DNA of 63,840 nt from Pseudomonadota bacterium (GTDB lineage Bacteria; Pseudomonadota; Gammaproteobacteria; UBA12402). A model generated the notes under the pieces. It worked only from the letters and a program-made list of their open reading frames with translations. It had not been told where the DNA came from and did no database searches. The DNA lies in the NCBI GenBank assembly GCA_038043025.1, contig JBBTCW010000041.1, forward strand, positions 1 to 63,840. The letters run 5' to 3'. How positions within the stretch are numbered: the first letter of the stretch is position 1; every line of letters starts with the position of its first letter. The position numbers were made by a program, and so were the translations under genes. Shown piece by piece: positions 9,655 through 21,096 of the stretch.

Positions 9655-9760
9655 TGTTTGCTTTCGACGAGCGTAGTGAGGAGAAATCTCCACAATCAGG
9701 CTCATTTCAAAAGATTCCTCCGTCGCCGTTGGTCCCGCCTTTGGCGGGATTCGGAATGAC
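9655..9760. repeat. REP elements between PPTase and NRPS (family D fragment ...TTTCGACGAGCGTAGTGAGGAGAAATCTC, and TCCCGCCTTTGGCGGGATTCGGAATGAC hairpin)
   Basis: Family D matches 63677-63709. The GGAATGAC-type hairpin resembles copies at 43279-43324 and 61117-61168. Confidence 0.65.
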
Positions 9761-10447
9761 AAGTTTTGTCATTACATTCAATCGCTTTTTTCCCCCTTTC
9801 CACGCCACCGCGGCGGCATAATGGGGCGCCGTATCAAATGCCTGTAACTGCCACGCACTCGCCTCTTGATCTTTGATCGATAAAATTTTTGCCGGCTGAT
9901 CGAGTGTCACGTCAAAATGATCCAACGCATAAAAAATACCTTTGCCGATGGCTTTCACAAATGCTTCCTTGCGCGTCCACGCATTATAAAACCCCGACAC
10001 TTTTTGATCATCGGATAACGCATTATACGCCTGAATTTCTTTTGCCGAAAAAAATCGATGCACGATGGCATCCATTCGATCAACGGGCTGTTGATATTCA
10101 ATATCCACCCCAATCGGATCATTTAACGTGATGGCAACCACGGCATAATCTTTACTGTGTGACAAATTAAATTGCAAGGGGTTATTTAAAAATGGCTTGC
10201 CATGCTCATTGTATTCAAACGTGATTTTATCGGGTGCACATAACAAATAGTTGGATAACAAGATTCGCAAAATGGCATGTGACACCATAAAATGATTTTT
10301 ATCACGAACAAATTTAAATTGACCCGCGCGTTTTTGTTCGATGGCGTCCAATAATAACGGCCACCGCTCCTCTATCGGTACGTTCAAATCAATCAACCAC
10401 AGATCAACTTGTTTTGAATTTAATTGAAAATCGGATCTCATATTCAT
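9707..10447 (-). CDS. Sfp-type 4'-phosphopantetheinyl transferase
   Basis: Motifs FNLSHSKDYAVVA, GVDIE, WTRKEAFVKAIGKG. Start set at ATG 10445-10447, which overlaps the upstream TGA (ATGA). The last ~17 codons (VIPNPAKGGTNGDGGIF) are read from a REP element. Confidence 0.8.
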   Translation of the reverse strand: MNMRSDFQLNSKQVDLWLIDLNVPIEERWPLLLDAIEQKRAGQFKFVRDKNHFMVSHAILRILLSNYLLCAPDKITFEYNEHGKPFLNNPLQFNLSHSKDYAVVAITLNDPIGVDIEYQQPVDRMDAIVHRFFSAKEIQAYNALSDDQKVSGFYNAWTRKEAFVKAIGKGIFYALDHFDVTLDQPAKILSIKDQEASAWQLQAFDTAPHYAAAVAWKGGKKRLNVMTKLVIPNPAKGGTNGDGGIF

Positions 10448-10857
10448 CGCAAAATTAACACGAGCAACATCACGATGAGCAACGCTACGCCACATTGCTC
10501 CCAACGTCGCCATTTTGCCACGCGACGAATACGCGCGACGGATAACCGCGCCGCCTCACGAATAGACCTTGCACTCTCTACGGTACAATATTTAAACTCA
10601 TCCAATTTCAGCAACTGAACCGATTGCGTAATACTTTTTCCCGCCTCGTTTGCCGCGACCTCTAATTGTTGACAACACTCACCCGCGACGTTTCGAAAGG
10701 TTTCCACCGTTTTTTGCATTTCATTCAAACGATCCTGGCTTTCTTGCGGCACACGCACCGATAACTCCATAACGATGTCTTCAAGTTTTTTGACGCGCTG
10801 CAACAAATTTTCCACCTGTTCAACCTCTCTATTATTCTTTTCCATCACTTGACTCAT
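10444..10857 (-). CDS. Coiled-coil, C-terminally anchored small protein (ElaB/YqjD/DUF883-like by architecture)
   Basis: 137 aa; helical/charged body with a single C-terminal TM (WEQCGVALLIVMLLVLILR). Translationally coupled to the PPTase. Confidence 0.45.
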   Translation of the reverse strand: MSQVMEKNNREVEQVENLLQRVKKLEDIVMELSVRVPQESQDRLNEMQKTVETFRNVAGECCQQLEVAANEAGKSITQSVQLLKLDEFKYCTVESARSIREAARLSVARIRRVAKWRRWEQCGVALLIVMLLVLILR

Positions 10858-10885
10858 AATGCACCTCTCATATTTATTGAATAAA

Positions 10886-11950
10886 TTAACGCACTCGTCG
10901 CATCAACCACAAGCCAATGCCTAAAAAAATTAACGACGGCAAAAGCGCACCCAAAAGTGGTGGCAATTGATACACCAAACTAAATGGTCCCAAAAACCGA
11001 TTTAATAAATAAAAGAAAAAACTCACCGAAATGCCGGTCACCAAGCGCAACCCCATCGACACCGATCGCAAAGGCCCAAAAATAAAGGGGATCGCTAACA
11101 ATATCATGGCCAGTGTCGCAAACGGTTGAAAAACACGCTGCCAAAAAACAATCAAATAGGAATTCGCCTCAAACCCATTCGCTTTGCGATCAGCAATCAA
11201 CTGTTGCAAGCGCGACAACGAAACCGCGTTGGGATCTGCAGTCGAAAATTGAAACAACTCCGGTTTCAATTGCACCAACCATTGTTCTTGATCGATCATT
11301 CGCGTCATTGTCGATTTTTTTCCAAGATTTGTTTCTTGCACATCACTCAGCCACCACGCGCCATCATGATAATTTGCTTGACGAGCAAAACTCGTCGTTT
11401 TTAAACGATGATTCGCATCAAATTGATATTGCGTCACACCCAGTAATAAGGTTTTTGACAACACATTCCGAATATGAATAAAGCGATCTCCATCTCGTGC
11501 CCACATTCCTTGCTGCGTATCGAGCGCCTGCCCGCCGCTCTTGGCAATCGTTTTTTTCATATCAGCCATTCGCATTGCCGCGGGACCCAGCCATTCACCC
11601 ATGACGGTGATCACAATCAACACCGATAACGCACCAAAAAAAACAGATCGCGTGACTTGCCAAACCGAAACACCGGCCGTTCGCATCACAACCAATTCAT
11701 GGCTCGATGCCAAATACCCCAAACCTAACAAACTGCCAATTAATCCCACCATAGGAAAAAACATATAAACTGATAACGGCAACATTAAAAAAACATACGA
11801 CAGTGCAGACCCTATCCCATAGGCGCCTTTGCCGATATCAGCCATCTGCGCCACAAACAATATAAAAATTTGCAAGCCCACTAACAAAAACAATACAAGC
11901 AACGTTGCATACACAACGGTTAATGCAATGTAATTTCGTAAAATTTTCAT
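10886..11950 (-). CDS. lptG: LPS export ABC permease LptG
   Basis: YjgP/YjgQ-family 6-TM permease with a periplasmic beta-jellyroll insert. Second gene of the pair divergent from holC-valS, as in E. coli. Confidence 0.85.
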   Translation of the reverse strand: MKILRNYIALTVVYATLLVLFLLVGLQIFILFVAQMADIGKGAYGIGSALSYVFLMLPLSVYMFFPMVGLIGSLLGLGYLASSHELVVMRTAGVSVWQVTRSVFFGALSVLIVITVMGEWLGPAAMRMADMKKTIAKSGGQALDTQQGMWARDGDRFIHIRNVLSKTLLLGVTQYQFDANHRLKTTSFARQANYHDGAWWLSDVQETNLGKKSTMTRMIDQEQWLVQLKPELFQFSTADPNAVSLSRLQQLIADRKANGFEANSYLIVFWQRVFQPFATLAMILLAIPFIFGPLRSVSMGLRLVTGISVSFFFYLLNRFLGPFSLVYQLPPLLGALLPSLIFLGIGLWLMRRVR

Positions 11951-11951
11951 T

Positions 11952-13082
11952 TTATATCAACCCATTGAGATGACGATTCGGTCGTGCAGAAACCATGGGG
12001 TCTTTAGACCACAACCACCCAGCCAATAACAAAAACAATCCATGCACCCACCATAATCCCAACCACGGTGAAATTTTTCCATGTTCTAACCAACTACGAC
12101 TCACGAACAACATGTTTACATAAATAATATAAATAAGCACCGCAGGCACGAGGCGCGCAAACCGCCCTTGTCGCGGATTGACGCGACTCAGCGGCACGCC
12201 TAACAATCCCAAAATAATCACCGATAAAGGCATGGATAAACGCCACTCTAATTCCGCCGCATATCCCTGCGCTTTCCACTGGCGAATGAGTTGTGCGGTT
12301 GACAATGCTTCTTCTCCTAAATTATGTCCCGAAAACACAGGTGGACTCATCCGCACACCATAAGTACTATATTTAATAATACGAAATGCATGTTGGCCAG
12401 GCACCCCTTCATACTGATAACCGGTGTCCGTCACTAAATAATGTTCGCCGGTATGAGGATCCACATGTTCATACCCATGTTTTGCCGAAATCACTGTCCA
12501 ATTTTCTGCGCCCGATGTTTTTGCCGTTGACTTCGATTGTTTTGTTTGCGCAATAAATACATCATTCATCGATTGTCGATCACGTGACATTGCCTTCACA
12601 TAAAATACTTTATCGCCACTCTTTGTGGTTTGAAACCGCCCTGGCATCAATGTTTGAAAAACCGTACTCGACTCTGCCAAATCCATTAATTGATCGCGAT
12701 GTAATTGCACAATCGGATTAACCACTATCGCTAAAATGCCAATGACCAATGCAACAAACAATGTATAGTTTATGGTAATTTTAAACAACTCGCGGCGGCT
12801 CAGCCCGCAGGCCAACAAAACAGTCATCTCGGAATCTGCATACAGCCGCCCGTAACCCAACAAAACACCGAGATATAATCCGAGTGGCAACAACATCGCA
12901 TACAAAATAGGCACCTGACATAACACCAAACGAAATAACATATTCGCCGCATATTTACCGCTCGCAACAAATCCCAAATAGCGCACAAATTGATTGCACA
13001 TGAAAATAAAAACGATCACCGTTGTAATCGCTAACAACAAATTCAACACTTCTTTTGTCAGATAACGCGTAATGATCTTCAT
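11952..13082 (-). CDS. lptF: LPS export ABC permease LptF
   Basis: YjgP/YjgQ family. Start chosen at ATG 13080-13082 (MKIITRYLTKEV...). 1-nt gap to lptG. Confidence 0.85.
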   Translation of the reverse strand: MKIITRYLTKEVLNLLLAITTVIVFIFMCNQFVRYLGFVASGKYAANMLFRLVLCQVPILYAMLLPLGLYLGVLLGYGRLYADSEMTVLLACGLSRRELFKITINYTLFVALVIGILAIVVNPIVQLHRDQLMDLAESSTVFQTLMPGRFQTTKSGDKVFYVKAMSRDRQSMNDVFIAQTKQSKSTAKTSGAENWTVISAKHGYEHVDPHTGEHYLVTDTGYQYEGVPGQHAFRIIKYSTYGVRMSPPVFSGHNLGEEALSTAQLIRQWKAQGYAAELEWRLSMPLSVIILGLLGVPLSRVNPRQGRFARLVPAVLIYIIYVNMLFVSRSWLEHGKISPWLGLWWVHGLFLLLAGWLWSKDPMVSARPNRHLNGLI

Positions 13083-13168
13083 GATGTCGCTTAAGCTTGC
13101 AAAGGCATATATTTTTAGTACACTACATTTTAGCAACTTTTTACCAGATAGAAATGAAATTCTCAAAA

Positions 13169-13603
13169 ATGACTAAATGCGCAGATTTTTACCTAATCCC
13201 GGCAAACACAGTCACAGAGCAGTGGAAAACGGCATGTCGTCTACTGGCCAAAGCATTTGAACAGAAGCAAGACGCCTACGTCCACGTGAGCGATGCCGAA
13301 GCCGCCCAGCAATTCAACGAGTTACTCTGGACGTTTCGGGATATCAGCTTTGTCCCCCACCAGCTCGCGCTGGAATCAACCGAGATCGACGCTCCCATCA
13401 AAATCGGATACCAAACCCCGACCGCTGATGAACACAATATTCTCGTCAATTTAACCGACACGATACCGGACTTTGCAGCTATTTTTGACCGCATTATTGA
13501 AATTATCCCACAAGAAAAAACGGCTGAAATCAACGCGCGCAAACGATATAAAATTTATCAACAAAATGGCCGCGACCTCCACACACATGATTTGAGAAAA
13601 TAA
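13169..13603 (+). CDS. holC: DNA polymerase III chi subunit
   Basis: MTKCADFYLI... aligns with E. coli HolC (ATFYLL..., LWTF..SFVPH, RYKxY). An alternative ATG lies at 13154. Confidence 0.75.
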   Translation: MTKCADFYLIPANTVTEQWKTACRLLAKAFEQKQDAYVHVSDAEAAQQFNELLWTFRDISFVPHQLALESTEIDAPIKIGYQTPTADEHNILVNLTDTIPDFAAIFDRIIEIIPQEKTAEINARKRYKIYQQNGRDLHTHDLRK

Positions 13604-13605
13604 CG

Positions 13606-16347
13606 ATGGAAAAATCATACGATCCAAAACAAATTGAAAATACTATTTATCAACAATGGGAATCTAAAAATTATTTTAAACCCAGCAACCGGGGCGCCGC
13701 CTATTCGATCGTATTACCACCGCCAAACATCACCGGTTATTTGCACATGGGTCATGGCTTTCAACATACACTGATGGATGCGCTCATTCGTTATCACCGC
13801 ATGAAAGGATATAATACCTTATGGCAACCCGGTACTGATCACGCGGGCATTGCGACACAAATGGTGGTTGAGCGTCAACTTGCCGCAGAAGAAAAAACAC
13901 GACATGACATCGGACGCGATTCGTTTGTCGAACGCGTTTGGAAATGGAAAGAAAATTCAGGCGACACCATTGTCAAACAAATGCGGCGTATTGGCGATTC
14001 TGTTGACTGGTCTCGCGAACGATTTACGATGGACGAGGGCCTCTCAAACGCTGTCAATAAAGCATTTATAGACCTTTATAAAAATGGCTTAATCTATCGC
14101 GGCAAACGCTTGGTGAATTGGGATCCCGTTTTACACACGGCCATTTCAAACTTAGAAGTCAATAACGGCGAGGAAGACGGTTTTTTTTGGATCATCAAAT
14201 ACCCCTTCGCTGATCAATCGGGATATATGTTGATTGCCACAACGCGACCTGAAACGATGTTGGGCGACACCGCGATTGCCGTTCATCCAAACGATGAGCG
14301 CTACCAAGCATTCATCGGAAAAGAAGTTCAATTACCTTTAACCGATCGCACGATTCCCATCATTGCCGATGATTATGTCGATCCTGAATTTGGCACCGGG
14401 TGCGTCAAGATCACGCCCGCACATGACTTTAACGATTATGAAGTCGGACAACGGCACGACTTGCCGTTCATCAACATCTTAACAAAAGACGCACGCATCA
14501 ATGAAAACGCGCCGAAAAAGTATCAAGGTTTAGATCGATTCGAGGCGCGCAAACAAATCGTTCACGATTTAAACGCATTAAATTTATTAGAAAAAATCGA
14601 GCCACGCCGCATAAAAGTGCCGCGCGGCGATCGTTCGCACGCCATTATCGAGCCTTGGTTGACAGACCAATGGTTTTTAAATGTTAAGCCGCTCGCTAAA
14701 ACCGCAATTCAAGCGGTCGAATCCGGCAAAATCAAATTTATCCCTGACACCTGGACAACAACCTATTCTCAATGGATGCACAACATCGAAGATTGGTGCA
14801 TCAGCCGACAGCTCTGGTGGGGACATCGCATTCCCGCCTGGTATGATGACGCGGGCAATATTTATGTCGGCGAAACAGAAAGCGCTGTACGCAAGCAGCA
14901 TAAGTTATCCGGCGATATTAAATTAACGCAAGACACCGATGTGTTGGACACTTGGTTTTCATCGGCTTCTTGGCCCTTTTCGACAATGGGTTGGCCGGAC
15001 ACAACGGATGAGTTAAAAACATTTTATCCCACCCGCGTACTCGTCACCGGTTTTGACATTATTTTCTTTTGGGTCGCACGCATGATTATGTTTGGTTTGC
15101 ATTTTATGCAAGACATCCCGTTTCATGAAATTTATATCACGGGTCTCATTCGCGATCACGAAGGCAAAAAAATGTCGAAGTCAAAAGGCAATGTGCTGGA
15201 TCCGATTGATTTGATCGACGGCATTGATTTAAAAACGTTAACCGAGAAGCGCACGTTCGGATTAATGCAGCCCGAAATGAAACAAAAAATCGAAAAAAAT
15301 ACCCAAAAAGAATTTCCCCATGGCATTTCAGGCTATGGCGCCGATGCATTGCGCATGACGTTTTGTGCGCTCGCCTCCACGAGCCGCGACATCTGCTTTG
15401 ATATTGGCCGATTAGAAGGTTATCGTAATTTTTGCAACAAATTATGGAATGCGACGCGTTATGTACTCATGAACACCGATAATAAAACATGGGATGAAAA
15501 AAACTTAAGCACGATCGATCATTGGATATTATCGCGTTTGCAAGCCACCATCGCTGCTTCTCATGAACATTTTAAAAACTATCGGTTTGATTTGCTCGCG
15601 CAAACGTTACATGAATTTGCCTGGCATGAATTCTGCGATTGGTATTTGGAATTATCAAAAACGATTTTATTGGGCGATGATGAAGATAAAAAAAGTGGCG
15701 CGCGATATACACTCATCCATGTGCTGGATCAATTATTACGATTGCTGCATCCGATCATGCCATTTGTCACTGAACATCTCTGGCAACAGATTGCGCCACA
15801 ACTTAACAAAACAAACGAAACGATCATGTTGCAACCGTATCCCGAAATCGACGAGCGATGGATCGATGTCAATGCCGAAAAAGAAATCGAATGGGTTAAA
15901 AGTTTTATTATCAGCATTCGCAATATTCGCGGCGAAATTAACATTCCGCCCGGCAAAAAAATTGGTCTGCTCATTCAACATGCTGCGCCGCAAGATAAAC
16001 AGCTCTTAAAAAAACACGAGGATTGTTTGTTTATGCTCGCAAAATTAGAAGCCGTACAACTCTTAAATGAAAAAGAAAAAGTCCCCGAATCCGCATCGGC
16101 TTTAATGAATGAGATGCAGTTACATATCCCGCTCGCCGGCTTAATGGATAAAAAAGCGGAGATTGCACGATTAGAAAAAGAAATTCAAAAAAATGAAAAA
16201 GAATTAGCAGGCTTACAAAAGCGCTTAGACAATCCCCGCTTTGCCGAGAAAGCGCCGCAAGATATTATCGAAAAAGCGCATGTTCAATTGATCACGCTTC
16301 AAAATACGCTGGAGACACTGCAGGCACGGTTGAAGGGGTTGAAATAA
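13606..16347 (+). CDS. valS: Valine--tRNA ligase
   Basis: 913 aa; HIGH (PPPNITGYLHMGHG), KMSKS, C-terminal coiled coil. Confidence 0.97.
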   Translation: MEKSYDPKQIENTIYQQWESKNYFKPSNRGAAYSIVLPPPNITGYLHMGHGFQHTLMDALIRYHRMKGYNTLWQPGTDHAGIATQMVVERQLAAEEKTRHDIGRDSFVERVWKWKENSGDTIVKQMRRIGDSVDWSRERFTMDEGLSNAVNKAFIDLYKNGLIYRGKRLVNWDPVLHTAISNLEVNNGEEDGFFWIIKYPFADQSGYMLIATTRPETMLGDTAIAVHPNDERYQAFIGKEVQLPLTDRTIPIIADDYVDPEFGTGCVKITPAHDFNDYEVGQRHDLPFINILTKDARINENAPKKYQGLDRFEARKQIVHDLNALNLLEKIEPRRIKVPRGDRSHAIIEPWLTDQWFLNVKPLAKTAIQAVESGKIKFIPDTWTTTYSQWMHNIEDWCISRQLWWGHRIPAWYDDAGNIYVGETESAVRKQHKLSGDIKLTQDTDVLDTWFSSASWPFSTMGWPDTTDELKTFYPTRVLVTGFDIIFFWVARMIMFGLHFMQDIPFHEIYITGLIRDHEGKKMSKSKGNVLDPIDLIDGIDLKTLTEKRTFGLMQPEMKQKIEKNTQKEFPHGISGYGADALRMTFCALASTSRDICFDIGRLEGYRNFCNKLWNATRYVLMNTDNKTWDEKNLSTIDHWILSRLQATIAASHEHFKNYRFDLLAQTLHEFAWHEFCDWYLELSKTILLGDDEDKKSGARYTLIHVLDQLLRLLHPIMPFVTEHLWQQIAPQLNKTNETIMLQPYPEIDERWIDVNAEKEIEWVKSFIISIRNIRGEINIPPGKKIGLLIQHAAPQDKQLLKKHEDCLFMLAKLEAVQLLNEKEKVPESASALMNEMQLHIPLAGLMDKKAEIARLEKEIQKNEKELAGLQKRLDNPRFAEKAPQDIIEKAHVQLITLQNTLETLQARLKGLK

Positions 16348-16371
16348 GTTTGTCAGCTTAGCAGATATATT

Positions 16372-16399
16372 GTTGGGCTTCGCATACGCTCAGCCCAAC
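16372..16399. repeat. REP hairpin family E (GTTGGGC-N14-GCCCAAC)
   Basis: Inverted repeat read directly; related to 4739-4766 in the opposite orientation. Confidence 0.7.
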
Positions 16400-16424
16400 C
16401 TACGCGCTACGCGCTTCTCCACAC

Positions 16425-16550
16425 TCATGCGAACAGGTCGGTCTCAGCTCAGAGGACGCAAAGCGTCCATCTGATTCTAAATAATTCATCATTACTTCTG
16501 GTAAATGCCATTCTAACGATGAATACCTGCTTACCTCTGAGCTGAGGATT
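16425..16550 (+). mobile_element. MITE-like family A element, copy A1 (~125 bp, termini CTCAGCTCAGAGG / CCTCTGAGCTGAG)
   Basis: Near-identical to 59081-59200 and, reversed, to 22903-23050. Its right terminus provides the last codons and stop of kdsA. Confidence 0.75.
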
Positions 16551-17352
16551 TAACTATTGCATCGATATTTTTAAGTTGAATTAAGAGGGCTTTCATCTGC
16601 GCAAGCGGCCACATGTTCGGGCCGTCGCTTAATGCTTTATCGGGGTCGGGATGCGTTTCCATAAAAACACCCGATACGCCCACCGCAATCGCCGCGCGCG
16701 CAAGCGCGGGAATAAATTCACGCTGTCCACCCGTTGCATTACCTAAACCACCCGGCAACTGTACCGAATGCGTTACATCCATCACGACAGGACAATGGGT
16801 GTCGCGCATCACGACAAGTGAGCGCATATCCGAGACTAAATTATTATAACCAAACGATGCACCACGTTCACACACCATCAATTGTTCATTGCCCGTTATC
16901 CGCATTTTTTCAACCACGTTTTTCATATCCCATGGCGATAAGAACTGACCTTTTTTAATATTGACCGGCAATTTTTGATTCGCTACGCGTTGCATAAAAT
17001 CGGTTTGACGACATAAAAATGCCGGTGTTTGCAACACATCAACAACCGACGCGACTTCATCGAGCGGTGTGTTTTCATGTACATCGGTCAAGATCGGCAC
17101 TCGCACCTGTTCTTTCACTTTGCGCAATACTTCAAGTCCTGCGGCCATGCCCAATCCACGAAAACTTTGATGCGATGAACGATTGGCTTTGTCGAATGAC
17201 GCTTTAAAAATAAAAGGAATCTTTAATTCTTGTGTCAATAATTTTAATTGTGCCGCAATTTCTAAGGTTAAGCTTTCGCTTTCAATGACACAGGGACCAG
17301 CGATTAAAAAAAACGGTTTGTCTAAGCCGACGTCGAAGTTGCATAGTTTCAT
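16531..17352 (-). CDS. kdsA: 3-deoxy-8-phosphooctulonate (KDO-8-P) synthase
   Basis: [16 protein letters not shown] and the rest align with E. coli KdsA. Follows pyrG as in many Gammaproteobacteria. Confidence 0.95.
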   Translation of the reverse strand: MKLCNFDVGLDKPFFLIAGPCVIESESLTLEIAAQLKLLTQELKIPFIFKASFDKANRSSHQSFRGLGMAAGLEVLRKVKEQVRVPILTDVHENTPLDEVASVVDVLQTPAFLCRQTDFMQRVANQKLPVNIKKGQFLSPWDMKNVVEKMRITGNEQLMVCERGASFGYNNLVSDMRSLVVMRDTHCPVVMDVTHSVQLPGGLGNATGGQREFIPALARAAIAVGVSGVFMETHPDPDKALSDGPNMWPLAQMKALLIQLKNIDAIVKSSAQR

Positions 17353-17355
17353 TTT

Positions 17356-19056
<1,701 letters not shown>

Positions 19057-19229
19057 CTATTTGAACATTTTTTTGCAAAAATTAGAGTTTTATTTAACCA
19101 ATATTAAAAAAACCACTGAAAACATAGATTATAAATTGACTATCTGACCGTCTCGCTTTAGGCTTAAGTACTGTAAAACGATTTATCGTTTTTTTTTGTC
19201 TTTTTTAGGCCTAAACAAGGAGAAGCAAT

Positions 19230-19421
19230 ATGTTACGTAAATTTGTTGGATGGTTATTGATCTTTGCTGCAATTATTGTTGCAATTTTAGGGGTCAGCCT
19301 CCCAAGAGCTCAGTTGCAATTGGTCATCTACGTGACCAATTTCTTTGATATCATGTTTCCAATCTTAGTGGTTGGTGCATTGATCAATTACATCTGGAAA
19401 AGCAATAGCTGTTGCCAATAA
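19230..19421 (+). CDS. Small hypothetical membrane protein (63 aa)
   Basis: SD AAGGAGAAG 5 nt upstream; two hydrophobic helices; followed by a terminator-like hairpin. No recognisable family. Confidence 0.4.
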   Translation: MLRKFVGWLLIFAAIIVAILGVSLPRAQLQLVIYVTNFFDIMFPILVVGALINYIWKSNSCCQ

Positions 19422-19443
19422 CTGTTGCTAATTGATTTTTTAG

Positions 19444-19475
19444 AAAAAAGCCTCGCCAAAAAGTGGGGCTTTTTT
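19444..19475. terminator. Putative bidirectional rho-independent terminator between the small ORF and tilS
   Basis: AAAAAAGCCTCGCC-AAAAAGT-GGGGCTTTTTT: short stem with one G:U pair, flanked by A-run and T-run. Confidence 0.45.
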
Positions 19476-19480
19476 ATGCC

Positions 19481-20734
19481 CTATGCCCATTGAAAGCTCA
19501 AATCTTCATATCCCTCACAAACAGCATAACCCACGATCGCCGCCAACTGATCACCCGCAAAAATTAATGGCACACGATCACGTTCCCAGGGTGGCACTGC
19601 CCACTCCTGAAATAATTTTTTTAATTCATGTGTGCCCGTTCGTCCCTTTAATCGGCAAACTTCGCCACCACGCCGAAATCTGACAGTCATGTTTCGGCGA
19701 GCACCCTGACAAATCAACACACCTGTCTTTACGGGAAGTGGTTGAACACCATCCCAATTGTATTCCACTGAACCGTCATGCCTATCACGCACTGGCATGA
19801 CGTATAAATCATCACCAAAACGCCGCACTTCTACATTTGACCATTGTACGCAAGGAGTTGCGTCTTCTCGCGCCATCACAACATCATCAACAATATGCTG
19901 TAGTTTAATCGTACTCGGCAATAAATAATCTTGTTGGTGAAGCCAATAACGCAACAGATTTTTTTGTCGCGCGCAGGATAACGCACGTAATCGCTGAACA
20001 GATAACCCCTGTTCACTTTTAACTTGTTGCAAATCCATTTGTGCTAAATCTTCTAACAAATTTTTTGTTTCTGCTGAGTGCGCGGCTACACGCGCAATGG
20101 TTTCTGACATATTCGGCCAGCGCGACTTCAATAATGGCATGATGCGAGCGCGCAAAAAATTTCGCGTAAATTGTTCATCTAAATTAGTGGAATCCTCGAC
20201 CCAATGCAACTGATGTTCTTTTGCATAATCTAAAATTTTTTGTTTAGAAATCGAAAGCAATGGGCGCGCCAAATACCCACGTGAAAACGGCATAGATTGC
20301 GGCATCGCTGCCAAACCCCGAACCCCTGCGCCGCGCAAAAATTGCAACAAACATGTTTCTGCCTGATCCTCTTGATGCTGCGCCGTCAGCAAAACATCAT
20401 CGACTTGCATTAATGTCGCCAATGCATGGTATCTGGCTTTTCGCGCTTCTGCTTCTAAACTTTGTTTCGCCGTTTTTTTAATAGCCACATATAACGTTTT
20501 ACAATTCACTTGTAATGCCTGACACACCTGCTCGCAATGCGTCACCCACTTATCCGCATCTGATTGCAAGCCATGGTGCACATGCACCGCATGAATCGTA
20601 CGATGAGGATATTGCTTGCGTCGCTCACACGCGGCATGTAATAAAACATGCGAATCCACGCCACCACTGTAGGCGATCCAAATCGTTGCAGGATCAGGAT
20701 GTTTTTGTAAAAGATTATTCAGTTCATCAAACAT
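19481..20734 (-). CDS. tilS: tRNA(Ile)-lysidine synthase
   Basis: PP-loop SGGVDSHVLLH; 417 aa; located next to accA as in E. coli. Confidence 0.9.
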   Translation of the reverse strand: MFDELNNLLQKHPDPATIWIAYSGGVDSHVLLHAACERRKQYPHRTIHAVHVHHGLQSDADKWVTHCEQVCQALQVNCKTLYVAIKKTAKQSLEAEARKARYHALATLMQVDDVLLTAQHQEDQAETCLLQFLRGAGVRGLAAMPQSMPFSRGYLARPLLSISKQKILDYAKEHQLHWVEDSTNLDEQFTRNFLRARIMPLLKSRWPNMSETIARVAAHSAETKNLLEDLAQMDLQQVKSEQGLSVQRLRALSCARQKNLLRYWLHQQDYLLPSTIKLQHIVDDVVMAREDATPCVQWSNVEVRRFGDDLYVMPVRDRHDGSVEYNWDGVQPLPVKTGVLICQGARRNMTVRFRRGGEVCRLKGRTGTHELKKLFQEWAVPPWERDRVPLIFAGDQLAAIVGYAVCEGYEDLSFQWA

Positions 20735-20752
20735 AGGAGTCTCTTAGCAAAA

Positions 20753-21096
20753 CTGTCATGCCGCGGTTTAACCGCGGCATCCAGACTTTCGTCATACCGG
20801 CGAAAGCCGGTATCCAGTGATTATATATAATTAACGGCACTCCGTTATCATAATCTTTAATATAAATTTTTCTGGATCCCGCGATCAAGCCGCGGGATGA
20901 CAAAACACTTTCCTGTCATGCCCCGCAGTTTAACCGCGGCATCCAGACTTTCGTCATACCGGCGAAAGCCGGTATCCAGTGATTATAATAACGGTATTCC
21001 GTTATTATAATCTTTAATATAAATTCTCTGGATCCCGCGATCAAGTCGCGGGATGACAGAGCCTGGATCCCGCGATCAAGTCGCGGGATGACAAAA
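20753..21096. repeat. Two tandem ~160-180-bp composite REP units (families B and C)
   Basis: Each unit is GCCGCGGTTTAACCGCGGC + ATCCAGACTTTC + GTCATACCGGCGAAAGCCGGTATCCAG + TGATTATAATAACGG-N-CCGTTATTATAATC + CTGGATCCCGCGATCAAG(C/T)CGCGGGATGAC. Units lie at 20753-20905 and 20913-21096; a third copy is at 43144-43263. Confidence 0.85.

Noticed and set aside
20753-21096. Possible CRISPR array (regularly spaced palindromic repeats)
   Set aside because: Only two or three copies are present. The 'spacers' are themselves conserved hairpins repeated elsewhere (43144-43263), and there are no cas genes. It is a composite REP, not a CRISPR.
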